Part shown: positions 24,124-37,132 of the stretch, piece after piece
Position numbering within the stretch: position 1 is the stretch's first letter
How the letters are laid out: every line of letters begins with the position of its first letter
From: Rhizophagus irregularis
Taxonomy: Eukaryota
Reading direction: 5' to 3'
NCBI RefSeq assembly: GCF_026210795.1
Contig: NC_089434.1
Span: 5,022,001-5,086,000 of the forward strand
Length of the DNA stretch: 64,000 nucleotides
The notes under the pieces: model-generated
Database searches by the model: none
What the model saw: the letters and a program-made list of their open reading frames with translations, nothing else
What the model was told of the DNA's origin: nothing
Position numbers and translations under genes: made by a program

Positions 24124-26668
24124 ATGTCTGATGAAAATATTGAATTTTCTGAAGAAAATTTGTTACCCTATCCTTCCAATGAAGTTACGAATTCTGATCT
24201 GTTTAGTGGCAAGATTTTTTCATCCTGGGAAGAGTGCGACTCATTTTTTGATGGTTGGTCTAAAAAAAATGGATTCCATATAAAGAAAAATCGTGTATTA
24301 CGTGAAGAAGGCAATATCTGACGTCGAACATATTTATGTGTTCATGGTGGTTCATATGAGTCAAAATCCAAAAAAGATACTTCCACGAAAAAAACCAAAT
24401 GTCCATTTTTAGTCAATGTTTCATGTTCTAAAACCAAAAACCCGAGTTCAAATGTTGTTGTTAATAAGCTTATAAATGAACACAATCATTCTTTAAGTGT
24501 AGAAATGATAACTTTCGAAGAACAAAAGAAATTTACAACTGAAATGATGGAAGACATCAAGTTTCTAACATCTCATTGTAAATTTGGTGCGACAGCTCAA
24601 AGAAAATTCTTGGAAGGAAAGTATCCTTCACAACCAATATATTCTAAAGATTTATACGCAGCTATTCAGAAATTTCGTCCAACTTCTAAATCACTATTAA
24701 ATGATGCTGCTTTGATGTCCAATTGGTTGGACCATCAAAAAGAATGTGATTCACGCTGGGTGATTGTTAGAGGATGGGATGATGATAATACGCTTACCAG
24801 GTTATTATAGATGACCCCTGAACAAGTTGATAATTGGATACAATTTTCGGACTGTGTATTAAATGATGTTACACATAAGACAAACCGCTACGGTATGGCG
24901 TTATCATTATTTGTAGGATTCAATTGTCATCGAAATAATATTCTTCTTGCTCAAGCCCTACTTTCTGATGAAAGTATGGAATCACACCTTTGGGTTTTTC
25001 ATGAAATATTAAAGGCAACAGGAAGGCAACCGTCAGTAATAATGACTGATGCCGACCCTGCAGTTGATTCTGCAATTCGACAAGTTTTTTCACAAACCTA
25101 TCCAATTCATTGTGCATTTCATATGACGCAAAATATTAATAAAAACCTGAGAAAAATTCTTGGAGACTCTTATCCAAAGTTTTTAGATGCATTTTATATA
25201 TGCAGAAATAGCCTTGCAAATGAAACATTTGAAAAACGGTTTGAGAATCTTTTTCAGGATTTTCCCGATGCTAAGCCATATTTGAAAACGCTATATCAAA
25301 CTAAAACTTATTGGGCTCATTGTTTCACAAGTTTTAAGTTTACAGCTGGCATGATTGCAACTTCCCGGGTAGAAGCTGTTAATGCTTGTTTGAAACGATT
25401 ATTGTATAATTCAAACATTTCTTTATGTGATTTAATGACAGAAATACATAGACTTTTAGATATGCAAGATAAAAAAGAGCAATATAACTTCTGGAAACTT
25501 GCTATTCCTTGTATAAGAAACCAAGAAAAGTCTAACTTTCTTTTTAGAAAATTAGATAATTATTTGGAAAAATTTCTTACTCCTATAATGCTTCAAAGAC
25601 AGCGTGATGAAATAAACCAATCAGTTTATTATACTGCTACAAAATTACCTGATAACGATATAGAAACTATTATTGAAGTAAGTTTTTGCTTTAGTTAGGG
25701 TTAGGATTAGGGTGGGTTATTAGGGTTAGGATTAGGGTGAGGTATTAGGGTTAGGATTAGGGTGAGGTATTAGGGTGAGATTAGGGTGAGATTAGGATGA
25801 GATTAGAGTTAGGGTTAGGGTTAGGGTTAGGGAATAGGCTTAGAAAAAACTTTTTATACTAATTTATTTGTTTTAAAAACAGAGTTCCGACGATTGTAAC
25901 ATTGAAATTCGTGATGCATCAGAAGCAGAAGTTCAGCAAATAACATTAAAACAGATTATTGCTTTGGTGGATTTAATTAACATCACTGAAATATGGTCTA
26001 TAATTGTTAACAACACTACAGCCATAAAACATTACATTGTCTTATTGAAGAATAATTCTCATATTTGTTCATGTCTTTCTACTATTCAGCAAGGTGTTGT
26101 TTGTAGGCATTATTTTCAAGTAATGCTTACAACGAGTAATGCTAAATTTCATATTCGCCTTATTCCTTCTCGCTGGTATTATAAAGATCTAGATGGAAGT
26201 AATGAACCTTTTTTTACTGCAGATAAATTTTGCAAAGAAAATGATGGAATTATACAAGAATCACCTGTTCATATTGATTATCTATGTGCATATGGTCAAG
26301 ATAAAGATTTTCTTGAAGAAGGTCTTAATACATATCAGCAAAGGTTGGTTTATGGAGAATTACATGGAATGTACAAGAAAGCTCTTCATAAAGCACTTCA
26401 AAACAAGTCGAGTTCACAACAACTTATTGACCTATTGAAAGAATTTACAGAAGAAACTGATGAACCATCTGAAGATGAAAACTTTAGTGATAAAGAAAAT
26501 CAGGAGCATGTGCTTCACAATCCCAAGAAAAGACGTGGAAAAGGTCGACCATTAGGTACTAAACGGTTCAAATCATCACAAGAAACTAAAAATAAAGAAA
26601 AACATCAAAGACGTTGCAAAAAATGTGGAAATGTTGGGCATTATCAAAAAAATTGTAATAATGTTTAA
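24124..26668 (+). pseudogene. FAR1/MULE transposase with SWIM and C-terminal CCHC finger; intron 25678-25882; two in-frame stops
   Basis: F.SWEEC..F and CPF..HNH (FAR1 DNA-binding domain), DVTHKTNRYGM, IMTDAD, HCAFHM, TSRVE, CSC..CRH (SWIM), CKKCGNVGH..KNC. One frame, broken only by TGA 24319-21 and TAG 24808-10. Confidence 0.9.
25695..25835 (+). repeat. Interstitial telomere-like (TTAGGG and variants) array inside the MULE intron
   Basis: TTAGGG/TTAGGA/TGAGG(T)A units ending in four perfect TTAGGG. Confidence 0.95.
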
Positions 26669-27374
26669 TATCTAGTTTTTATTGAACTATGTAAGCATTA
26701 ATTACATTTATATTATCACTTGTTAATATTAATAAAATTCATTATCGGCGTCATGTGAATTTGTACAAAAAATCATGTGATATATTACCTGCGCTGTAAC
26801 GCCATTGCGTCAAATTATAAAATTCTTTTAAAATAATTGTATAATTGTTTTAAAAGCCATTATATCTAGGTCTATAAAAATATTTCAAAAAATTGGCAAT
26901 TTTAGTAAAGTAACTGAATTATTTTATAAGTTTTATACACCCTCTATTAATAGTAAAATTTCATATAATAGGAAAGTATAGCCAAACCTCTGAAAGTTGT
27001 GATACTGATCCATAATATAAAGTAATATATTTTTTTTTTTTTGTATATTTTATACTAGAGATAGGAGGATTTAGTAATATATCTAACAATCCAAATTATA
27101 ATTCTGGTCAAATTTTTTTAATTCTGGCTAAATTTATATTACCAGCCTAAATTTTATTAAAATCAAAAATTTAGGTTTAATATAGGTAATACTGCATTTA
27201 CATAATTATATCTAGTTCTTAAAAATACTTTATAAACTTTAAAATTAAAATTTTGCTTTATTTAGTTCAATTTGAACAAAGAAAGTTTATTACGTTCCTG
27301 ATTATAATTTTTGTAATTTTTAAATGTATTTCGAATTTACTTATGATCATCGTTTCTCAAATAAAAATGTTTTA

Positions 27375-28870
27375 TATATCGTACCTCCTCTTCTTTTTCG
27401 TATCTTTTCTTCTTGCTCGCTCACGTAAGTTTCTCTGTTCATCGTATATCTTACGTTTTTCAATACGTGCATCAATATGGAGATTGAATTTAACAACTTT
27501 TGTTAAAGGTTTAGCCTTAAATTTGAAAGGTTCAGTTTTCTTGACGCGCCCAGAATTGATATCACTTGAATCAACCGGGTTTGATTGTACCTTATCATTA
27601 TTAATTTCATTTCCCTTGTTCTACTTCCTATAGAAATTATTATAAATATTTAACATATAAAATGGAGAAGAACTCTTTATTTAATTAAGTTTACCTGGTT
27701 CTTTCAGCCCTTAATTTAGTGCGCAAGAATGGAGACTTCGTTTTTGTAGGAAGATTAACATAATTCGACGTAGACTATAAAATTTAAATTTTTTAGCTTA
27801 ATTTAATTATAACTATCAGAAATGACATGTTCACTTACTCTCATTGTCGCAAGCTTTGATTTGAATCTGTCTGGAGTTTTTCCAATGAAATAATGGCGAG
27901 TTTTGCGCAACAAAACTCTTCTTCATATGAAATCTTTTGATAGGTTGCCGTTTCTTAAAACATAAATAACAAAGGTATTGACTATTTGAATAAGGATGAT
28001 TAGGTATTATACGAATATTCATACCTGAATTCCTTGAGATTTACGACCAAGATGATTTTTTACTTGCTTAGCAGTATTAGTAGGTTGCGGAACTTGCGGA
28101 ACTTGTTGCAAAATCTATGGAATTTAGGAAACGTGTAGTTAACAAAGTTAATAACAAGACCATATTAATGCTTCGAAAAAAAATCCGCTCAATGTACCAA
28201 GAAAGGTGTCTCCCTCACCAAAAGTTATGTCGTTATTAAAGTCCCTATAATGTGGAGCAAGAAATGAAAATGTACCATGCTGTTCAACCGTTTGTCAAAT
28301 CCATCAAAACGTGTAATGATTCTACGATAAATGTAAGCAGATTCGTCTACAGGATTAACGATTGTCGATTGTCATTTCAGAACCAGATATTTGTCATCGT
28401 CGAGGCGAGGCCTGCCTAAGTTACCTTTCTAGAATTTTGGAAATTAAGAATATGCTTATAGTAAAACATTTCTTCTTTACTGTAAACGGATTCGATTTAC
28501 AGATCCAGACTGTAAGGCAAATTGCGTGAAATTGGTGTGATTTAATCCTTGTTAAGATTTCTTTTAGCAATTCTTCTCCATTAGGAAATATAGGACCCCA
28601 AATCCTGTTGTAAATATATTGAGTTGCGTCTTTAATTATTAAATCAAAGATCTAAAGAAGGAGTGTTTTCAAATTCAACTCCAGGTGATTTTGCCAAGCT
28701 CCTTTATGAAATTTCAGGCAATATAAGTCTTTTGGGATGGGATCTATTTGTTCTACAAACCATTTTATAAAATCAATAAAAATTGAATTGAAAAGTAAGT
28801 GCCCAGTAATTATAATGCGTACCAGTAAAACGGTAAAACTGTTATCATTTCCATGATCAATATTCATGAA
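27375..28870 (-). pseudogene. Multi-exon pseudogene, probably TPX2-like spindle assembly factor
   Basis: Exon peptides IGKTPDRFKSK, PTKTKSPFLRTKLRAER and EPFKFKAKPLTKVVKFNLHIDARIEKRKIYDE resemble TPX2 motifs; GT-AG introns; in-frame TAG and frameshifts; 5' limit uncertain. Confidence 0.5.
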
Positions 28871-30710
28871 ATTCGTTCAACTGCTAAAGATCACTGTAAC
28901 TTTATCACTATAAATAACCGGTTGGCTTATGATCACGTGAACGAACATGACTCCAATTTCCGACGCGTGTATGGCCAATGAAATCAACGCAAAAGTATCA
29001 AGTTAGCATCGCGTAGTGGGTCAAGAACGATACATTGCAGCTTCAACAGCAATTGTTATAATCTACGTTTTTTCTTCTTTGAATTCTCATTCTTCTTGAT
29101 TCTCTCTATTTATTGCTCAAGGAATTTATTTCCCTAATATGATTATAACCTTTATCATCAACAACACTATCTATTATCTAATAATTATAACTTTACTAAT
29201 GTTCAAGCTGAAATTCCGGAGAAATCTTTTGGAAAAGTATAATCGCGCACAATACTTGTGATTCGTCTATACTATGTGAGGAACTCTAGATTAGGTGAAA
29301 GCAGAGCCTACCCCAGTAGACAGTAGTTAAAGAAATTTCGTTATTATTAACTGTGTTGGGTTTGGGTGACGTTGAGATTTAATCTTTGCAATTTCACGTG
29401 ATGAACTCCGTTCTTGTCTTTTACTCTTAGAGTGTAGTCTATATAATATACTATATTATAAAGAACGTGAAAAGTGATGGATAAGAGAATCATTTGAAAA
29501 AGTTTGTTCAAGATTTTTACATAAAAAAGTTATCGTTATTTTATTGTCTAATTTAATCACATAATTAATCAATTATTAATCAATCGCATTTTAATAAATT
29601 CCTGTGTTCTAATTAACCGCGTTTCAGTCTCAGTCTTTGTTTCATTCTTACCATTAACTTTCCTTCCCAACAAAAAATAACCCTTACTTTTTAGGTAGTT
29701 CACGATGAAAAGATAAGGATAAATTAATTGATCACGTCTTCTACATCATAACCATAAATACCTTTCCTGCTTCTACTATTATTTACCGTCATCACCATCA
29801 TCACCTACTCTATTTTCATCATTGTTTTCACTTTGGAACATTAACATCTTTGATTATTAATTGTGTGAAAAATTAACAAATTTATCTATCCATACAAGTT
29901 CAATTACAAAATAACAGTTATCTTTTGGAATTTTTTGGCATTTGTGTATAAATTTGCAATTAAAATAAATTTAACGCAAAAATTTAAAAAAAAGATATAG
30001 AAGTGTTTATTACATATCCACCGAAGTCCACACATCCATGTGAGCTTCTACGTGTTTTAATTCTTCAATTGTTGAATGACTCATTAATTTCGATTTAGTA
30101 GACCATTCTTAAATATTGCTGTAGTCAAACAGTTATCTTCCATTACTTTAATATCAAATTATATTATTAGGCTGTAGCGTATAGTATCTCGTGTGACAAT
30201 AAAATTGATTGATCGTCATTTTTGTTCACATCATATCTGATCAAATTTTAATTACTTAATGCATGGTTTAGTGCCGTTATCTTGGAAGACATTCTTAATT
30301 TTACCGATATCAAACCACAAAACTTTAATTATAATATTAATAATACACGTCCTATTGCGCTTCTTGATTGTATCAGAAAAGCGATCGCCAACTTGGTATA
30401 GGCTTAGTTCAATTATTTCAGATAACAATGCCTTAAAAGGACTTAATTTCTGTGGATTAAAAGTCGAAAGTACTATCAATTCTTACCAGTATCATAAAAG
30501 ACTCCAGAGAAATAAAAAGAATTATGGATAGCGGCGTAAGATAAAAAAAAGTAATAAGGTCCTTGGCTACAATGGGATACCAGACAAGGTTTAGTGTTCA
30601 ACAGGCTGGACATCATGGAGTCCCTCAGAGTCGTAGACGATTATTTATATGGGGAGCAAAACGCGGGTCATACCTTCCAGATTTTCCTCAACCATCTACT
30701 TGTTTTAGAA

Positions 30711-30792
30711 CCCTATAAAAATTTTTTGGCAAATTGATCAAAACTAGAAAAATGATCATTTATCGGAATTTTCTCGGAAAATTTTTATAGGG
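30711..30792. mobile_element. Small MITE, CCCTATAAAAATTTT termini (internally deleted copy)
   Basis: CCCTATAAAAATTTT..AAAATTTTTATAGGG; empty site in the paralogous copy at ~31252-31270. Confidence 0.7.
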
Positions 30793-30991
30793 AAACAAGG
30801 TTCAATAAATGTATTACTACCAGATGGCACATCATTTACATATAACCATTGGAGAAAGCTTATGATTTTGGTAATAAGATCCTTGACTAGGTTTAGTGTT
30901 CAACCTCATGGTCGTAGACGATTATTTATATGGGAGCAAAACGCGGGTCATACCTTCCAGATTTTTCTCAACCATCTACTTGTTATCGAGC

Positions 30992-31184
30992 CCCTATAAA
31001 AATTTTTGGAAAATTGATCAATTTTCCTAAAACAGTTTCGATCCGACGAAGGATGTAAAACTGAATTGTTTTGCGGTACTGTTAAAGTTTCGCTAGAGAA
31101 GTTAACAACGCCTATAATGAAACTAGAAAAATGATCATTTATCGGAATTTTTCTCAGAAAATTTTTTAATATATATATATAGGG
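30992..31184. mobile_element. MITE, same CCCTATA family (longer copy)
   Basis: Same termini and internal AAACTAGAAAAATGATCATT as 30711-30792 and 39467-39575. Confidence 0.7.
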
Positions 31185-31369
31185 AAACAAGGTTCAATAA
31201 ATGTATTACTACTAGATGGTACATCATTTACATATAACTATTGGAGGAAGCTTGTTTTCGAAACAAGGTTCAATCAATGTTTACTACCAGATGGCACATC
31301 ATTCACATATAACCATTGAGAAAAGCATAGGATAAAAGGATTGTCCTTAGCACTTCGATAGAATTGACG

Positions 31370-32960
31370 TTCCTCCGCGATGTCCGAACTTGCTTTTATC
31401 AAACACTCTTCCGAAGAGTGGAAGAAGACACAAAATTTGAAACTCAAATTCGAGAAGATCCAAGATGTCTTCTATTGAATTATTCATCTTTTTATGTATA
31501 GAAAAATGAGTGTCCTCACTTATTATGGAACAAGTCCACAGTTTGTAGTCAACGATGAAATAGATCAGGGCGACACTCGATCACATGCCTACTCATCAAG
31601 AGTTAAAGTCATGTGGCAACTGACACTTGTATTTGGATAGATAGATAGAGAGACAATCCTCAACCTAAACAGGAGCTATTAACAGTACGAAACAAGTTGG
31701 ACATAGATTCACAATTAATTTTAATACAGATGGTTAATTGGCGTATAAAGAAATAGCATCACAAATGGGCGACATAGATTTAGAAACATAAATATCAATG
31801 GGCGCGGCTTTCATTGTTCAAGAAACTAATTAATCAGTTAACGCAAGTTTATCTTTATGGGCAACGTAGACTAGACCAGGATTAGTGGTTATATTTTTGG
31901 CATTATTAGCAGCTCCGTGCTCTTCACTACAGATAGTCAAGCGGCTATTCATGCGATCAATAACATTCAACAACTTTCCTCCCGTAAGTGGTTAAAAAGA
32001 AATAATTTTCTAATTCTCCTTAAAATATTATTGATCTTGTATAGAACTTAGATTAGTTAAAATTAAAGGACATAGTTGCATATAATTAAATGAGACAATT
32101 GATAGATCGACGAAGGAGGCAGGCAATTTGGATAAATTTTATCATAGTCATCCTAATATTCGTTATTCGTTATTTTCCTTATTGAGAAATTTGTTAAACG
32201 GACTTCCAAAACACGAAATGCAGCAGAACACTCATCGTTAAAGTTAACAGTGTACACATGAACTAACTGGAAACGATCTCGAATGGGATATTACCCGAAG
32301 CATCTTCAAACAATTCAGAGCTTCAAATGTGATTCAATGGCTAAACACAAAATTTTCATATTTGTTACTAAACTATCTTACAACCTCCTTCCTACTGCAT
32401 ATATGTTAAAAAGAAGGAAAGACGCGCTTTACGAAGATCTAACGTGTCCATCATGCAACTCAGCCACAGTTGAAACGACGGCAATTGCCTGATTTATAGT
32501 AATCAAAATCATGAAAACTGATGATGCTATAACACTAGTGTCTCGATTAATAAGTCCAAATGATTTCTCGAAAAATTCGAACCTTTTTTCAAACAAGACA
32601 CTAAAACGAGACTTCCGCGATCATATCAAAGCTGACGATGAGTAAAATCAGGATATCAAGATCTAAGGCGCTAGCGTATTTGACGCACTTCTAGTCACAC
32701 TTATTAAATTATTTAAAGAACTCGTATGGATTATGAGATGCAAAAATATGATCAATGGGGAGAAAGGATACAACATCGTGGTGCACGATAAAAGGGCCTC
32801 CTCATCACAATCTCCGAATATACATACGACCGAATCGAGCATGGAGACGAAATTCGAGATGTTATATTCTTGACGTGCATATAATATATTACATAGAGAT
32901 GAGTCAAGAAGGTAATTTTACTGTTTTAACATTACACATTTTAGGCCGTGGCCCATAATA
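31370..32960 (+). mobile_element. Decayed non-LTR retrotransposon (RT remnants, RNase H, zinc finger)
   Basis: IDQGD (RT, ~31560), TDSQAAI and VKIKGHS (RNase H), LPT..MLKRRK..LYEDLTCPSC (zf-RVT-like), VWI.RC. Confidence 0.7.
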
Positions 32961-34419
32961 TGAAAAAATATACATATATTATTGTCAATTTAATAAAATT
33001 TTTTTATATTGCTCAATTAAGTTTATAAAAAGAAAAAGAAGGTTGAGTACGATGAGTCGGCGATTCTATAACATTGTGTTATAGTGTTATTTTAGTAGTA
33101 AGATTTTTTTTTATTATATCATCAAATCAATTCATTAATTCATTATTTTTATTTTAATTTTAATTAAATTAAATTAATATTCCTTTTTTTTTGATTACAG
33201 GTAATCTTTAAAAAGAGATTATGTTATCGGTCATAGCGGTGATCCTATAACTCTAAATTTTAGTAAGAATTTTAAGGTTGGCAAAGATATTGTTATGGAG
33301 GAACTGGTTCGATTTTTAAATGAAAGAAGTAGCATGACCAACAATTGCAAAACGGGTAATTGTTACTGAATTATTAATATAATATTTTTGATTATAAAAT
33401 ATTCTTTGGTCGGCTTTAACAGACGTATAGAAAACCTTTATTAGATGACTAAAACTGATGCCAATCAGGCCAATCAGACCAATCAGACCAATCAGAAGAA
33501 AAGAGCAGTATATAAAGATTCTTACGCAAAAAAAAACTGATGGTCAATTAGGTCAATCAGGTCAATCAGGCCCGAAAGAACTGATTAGCTAAAACGTCAG
33601 GTCCAAATAGGAGGTCTGGGCTAATGAAGCTACCTTTTTTCGGTCGAAATTGGGTGCGGGCGAGTAGTGATCATTGGATAAAATAAGGGTGATGCGCCTG
33701 TCGGCCCTATTATTAGTGAGGTTAGTCCAGTACAAAACCAACAAGTAAATTAAAAAAGTTGATGGGAAGAAGGATAAGATTGAAGAAGCTGATGATAATG
33801 GCGAGATTCAATGTTTATTTTGGTAAGTTTATATTTTACTTGTACATATATTATTAAAAAAAAGATAATAAACGTCTTTTAGGATCGATAGATTTTGGGT
33901 CGGATCTTTTTGTATTTCTTCAGGTTGTAGGAAGGAATTTCTAGATTTTTGGGTATGTCATAAGCTATCTCACTCTTCCCCGATGATTTCGAATTACATT
34001 TTTAAACAATCTTTTTTTTTTCTTCGTATAGGATATATTTATTTGCATGATGCATAATGGACATTGTACACCAATTTGGATTGAAGACAGAATCTTCAAC
34101 ATCATCTTTGAAAGAATTACAGTAAATTTTGCCATTAGATTCATACATATTACACGATTAGATTAAAGTGATGATGTTATTTTCTCGTATGGAAAGACCG
34201 AAATATTTTATTGTTATACATTATATATATTAATTGATTAATTTTATTCGTTATTATTTATAATATTATAATATGGCATAATACTTTAGGTTTTGTTGAA
34301 AGAAAAGAATTAGTATTAGCAAAAATTGGAAACATTGCCAGAGAAGGAAAAATCAAAAAATCAAAAAGATGAATGGCGAAAAAAATTGATCAGGCTTTTA
34401 ATATAGAAATGTGGCCGCA

Positions 34420-34835
34420 CTAATCGCAACTTACAGTTCCCAACCATCTATATTTTTTACATAACTATAATTATGCAACCATTCAGAAAACAGTTGAGAC
34501 GTCAACTTTATTTTAGCAGCTGAATGTTTATCTCAAACGCAATTTTAAAAGAGAAAGCTGTTTTTTGCATATGGGTTAGAATTGTCTGAAAATACTTTTT
34601 TTTAAATGGCTGACTTATATATTTTTTTAAAAAAATGGCCTTCAACATCATAAACTTCATGGAAAATCAGCAAGTACTTCATTAGAAACTTTATATCAAG
34701 AAAGAAAATAACTTTGGCGCATCGTAAATCAATATAATCCTAATGATATCTATAATGCAGACAAGACAGAACTATTTTTTCGTATGTCTTCTAATAAAAC
34801 TCTTATATAAAGACCCATTAGTGAAATTAAAAAGG
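34420..34835 (+). pseudogene. pogo/Tigger transposase relic
   Basis: NG*LIYF..NGL and YNPNDIYNADKTELFFRMSSNKTL, equivalent to the NGW..RFK and DIYNADETGLFFRM motifs of the element at 48.3-50.9 kb. Confidence 0.7.
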
Positions 34836-35399
34836 GTTATTAGTTTTGATTTTTGATTTTGGGTTATTTCTTTTTACTTTCAGAGGAAGTTTTTAATATT
34901 TATTAATATTTTTTTTTATTGATAATATTAAAGATAAAAATTTTTTTTGCCTTTTTATTAGAAAATCAGAAAATTTGAAATTTTTTTTCATTCTATTTAT
35001 TTTAATTTTTTTTCTTTATTGATAAAACATTTTTACTGAAGTTTTTATATTTTTTTATCAATAAATAATAAACTTTTTTATCTTTTATTTTTTTTTATTG
35101 ATAAATATGAAAAAGAAATAAATGATAAAGCTTAAATATTATTTTTTGAGAAAAATCCCTGACACTTTTTTTTATAAATATCTTACCTAATAACCATTAA
35201 TGTTTTTTAAAAAAATTTTTATATCACAATTATCACATTCTTTTTTTATTGATAAATATTTTTTTTTTAATAAATAAATTAGTGAAAAAAAAAATTTTTT
35301 TTTTATTTAATTTTAAATTCCAGCATAAATTGTTTTTTTTTTATTGCAGTATATTTGCAGTTTTATTAAAGTAAAAAAAAACAAATTAAAAGAATCTAT

Positions 35400-36030
35400 A
35401 TACAAGATAAAGTTCTAATAATAGCTACTTTAATATAATTAAATTACAAATCACTCATCATATATATAGTACTTACGTGTGTACTAGCAAAGTAATTGTT
35501 TGACTTCACAGGTAGACTTCAATTAGAAATAGGTCATCTTAGCCATAAGGCTCTATTTTCAATATCAGGTAATTACAGGACCCACTACGCTGCATATTTA
35601 TCATTATTATTGTTATATTAATATTATTATTATTTGTAACTTTCTGTTTTCTGGACTTTCAAGAAACTGATATACCAGTTACAACTATATTAAACAAGTG
35701 ATCTTTACATCTTTGTAAACTGTTTTTGAATTTTGCAAGCTTGTATTCTTGATATATAGCTGAGATTATTCAATTTTAATCATGTTATATATCTATATTC
35801 TCTTTAGGTGTTCTTGAGATCTTAAGTTTATCTATTAGCTTAATATTTAAAGATATTTTGAGTTCAATCATCATGTTATAATGTGACTTCCAAACATGAT
35901 TTCTAAAAGCTATGTAAAAATATTTAATAATTTTTTGTGGTAAATTAAAAGCAATTTTTGTGATGTGAGCTTTCTGAATTTTTTTATAATAGTATAAGAA
36001 ATCAATTCTCATAGCAATTCCATCTTATTT
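35400..36030 (-). mobile_element. Possible 3' end relic of a non-LTR retrotransposon
   Basis: ORF 35785..36012 contains FRNHVWKSHYN, resembling the LINE ORF2 C-terminal F...IW..R motif, followed by a UTR-like tract. Confidence 0.35.
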
Positions 36031-36422
36031 CTTTGTTTAAGTTTTAGAAAGGTGAATTATTTTTTTTTTTTTTATTATAAATTAATAAAACTTTTAAGAT
36101 TATTATGATTTTTATTTTTATTTTTTAATATATTTAAATTTACATTTAATAATTAAAAAAATTAAATCATACATACCAGCAGTAAAATATTCAAAATCAT
36201 TCAAAATTTAAAAAATCTTACCAGATTTTTCAAAAACCTTTCAAAAAATCCAGCAAAATTTGAATAGATTTTATGCATTACATATAATATAATAGGATAA
36301 ATATCTTTATTTATTTTATCATAATTTTGCTAATCATTTTACCAATTATTAATTATTTATTCAATTTTATCTAATCAATTTTTTTGCAAAATTTACTTAA
36401 TAATCTATACTAAAATTTTAAT

Positions 36423-37132
36423 GGGTATTGCTAAATATCACCAGTGGTGATCATTTTCAAAAATTTTTGACTGAAATATTATTCTAATTATAATATAAAT
36501 ATTATTACTATATGTAAATTTATAGGTAAAACAAGTTTGCCTTAAATTATAAAGGCTGTTGTTTAGATAGTTTTTGAGAAAAATAGGAAAGTTTGATTTT
36601 ATAAGCAAAATACAATTTTTTGTTTTAAAAAAGATTTTTTTAGTCAAATTTTCAAAATTTTAGTGTGATTAGTATCTACTCAGGTTTGTTTTACACATTT
36701 ATTATTTAAATTGAAATTTTTGAAAAAAAATTTACAAAGGACCCCGGATATCTAATATAAAGGTCATAATGGACTTTTGGCCAAAAACACCCCTTTTTGC
36801 TGAAACTCAAAAAATCGTTTTTTGTAAATATCTCAGCATTCAGTAATTCAATTTTAATGAACTTTTTTTTATTTTGTAGCCCTCATTTAGCTCTACAATT
36901 TAAAAAAATGTTCATCAAAATTGGACCACTGGATGCCGAGATATTTACAAAAAACGATTTTTTGAGCCCCTGAAAAATGGGCCAATCTGCCGAAAGTGTG
37001 ACTTATGACCTGTTTTGGAGATATCCGGGGTCCTATTTACAATGTGTTTTTTAATTCTAGCCAAAATTATAATTTTCGGCCAGAATTAAGTGATATGGTA
37101 ACGATCACCACTGGTAATATTTAGCAATACCC
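36423..37132. mobile_element. Non-autonomous MULE-type element
   Basis: 30-bp TIR GGGTATTGCTAAATAT(C/T)ACCAGTGGTGATC; perfect 9-bp TSD AATTTTAAT (36414-36422 and 37133-37141). Confidence 0.9.
36738..37034. mobile_element. Nested MITE with 8-bp TSD
   Basis: ATTTACAA|AGGACCCCGGATATCT ... AGATATCCGGGGTCCT|ATTTACAA. Confidence 0.9.

Larger units (their letters stand above)
23956..26825 (+). mobile_element. Mutator-like element (MULE), 2870 bp
   Basis: Perfect 9-bp TSD TTTTAAAAT (23947-23955 and 26826-26834); imperfect ~40-bp TIRs starting with G; encloses a FAR1/MULE transposase. Confidence 0.9.
30585..31325 (+). repeat. Local tandem duplication/triplication
   Basis: 30585-30860 is repeated at 30890-31250; a third partial copy (AAACAAGGTTCAAT..ACTACCAGATGGCACATCA) lies at 31255-31325. 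Confidence 0.85.

Noticed and set aside
25695..25835. True chromosome end
   Set aside because: Degenerate, internal, and inside an intron of a TSD-flanked element.
19659..26668. Alternative genetic code or TGA readthrough
   Set aside because: TAG and TAA stops and frameshifts also occur, so decay explains the in-frame stops.
27253..27633. 126-aa + strand ORF
   Set aside because: Antisense shadow of the TPX2-like last exon.
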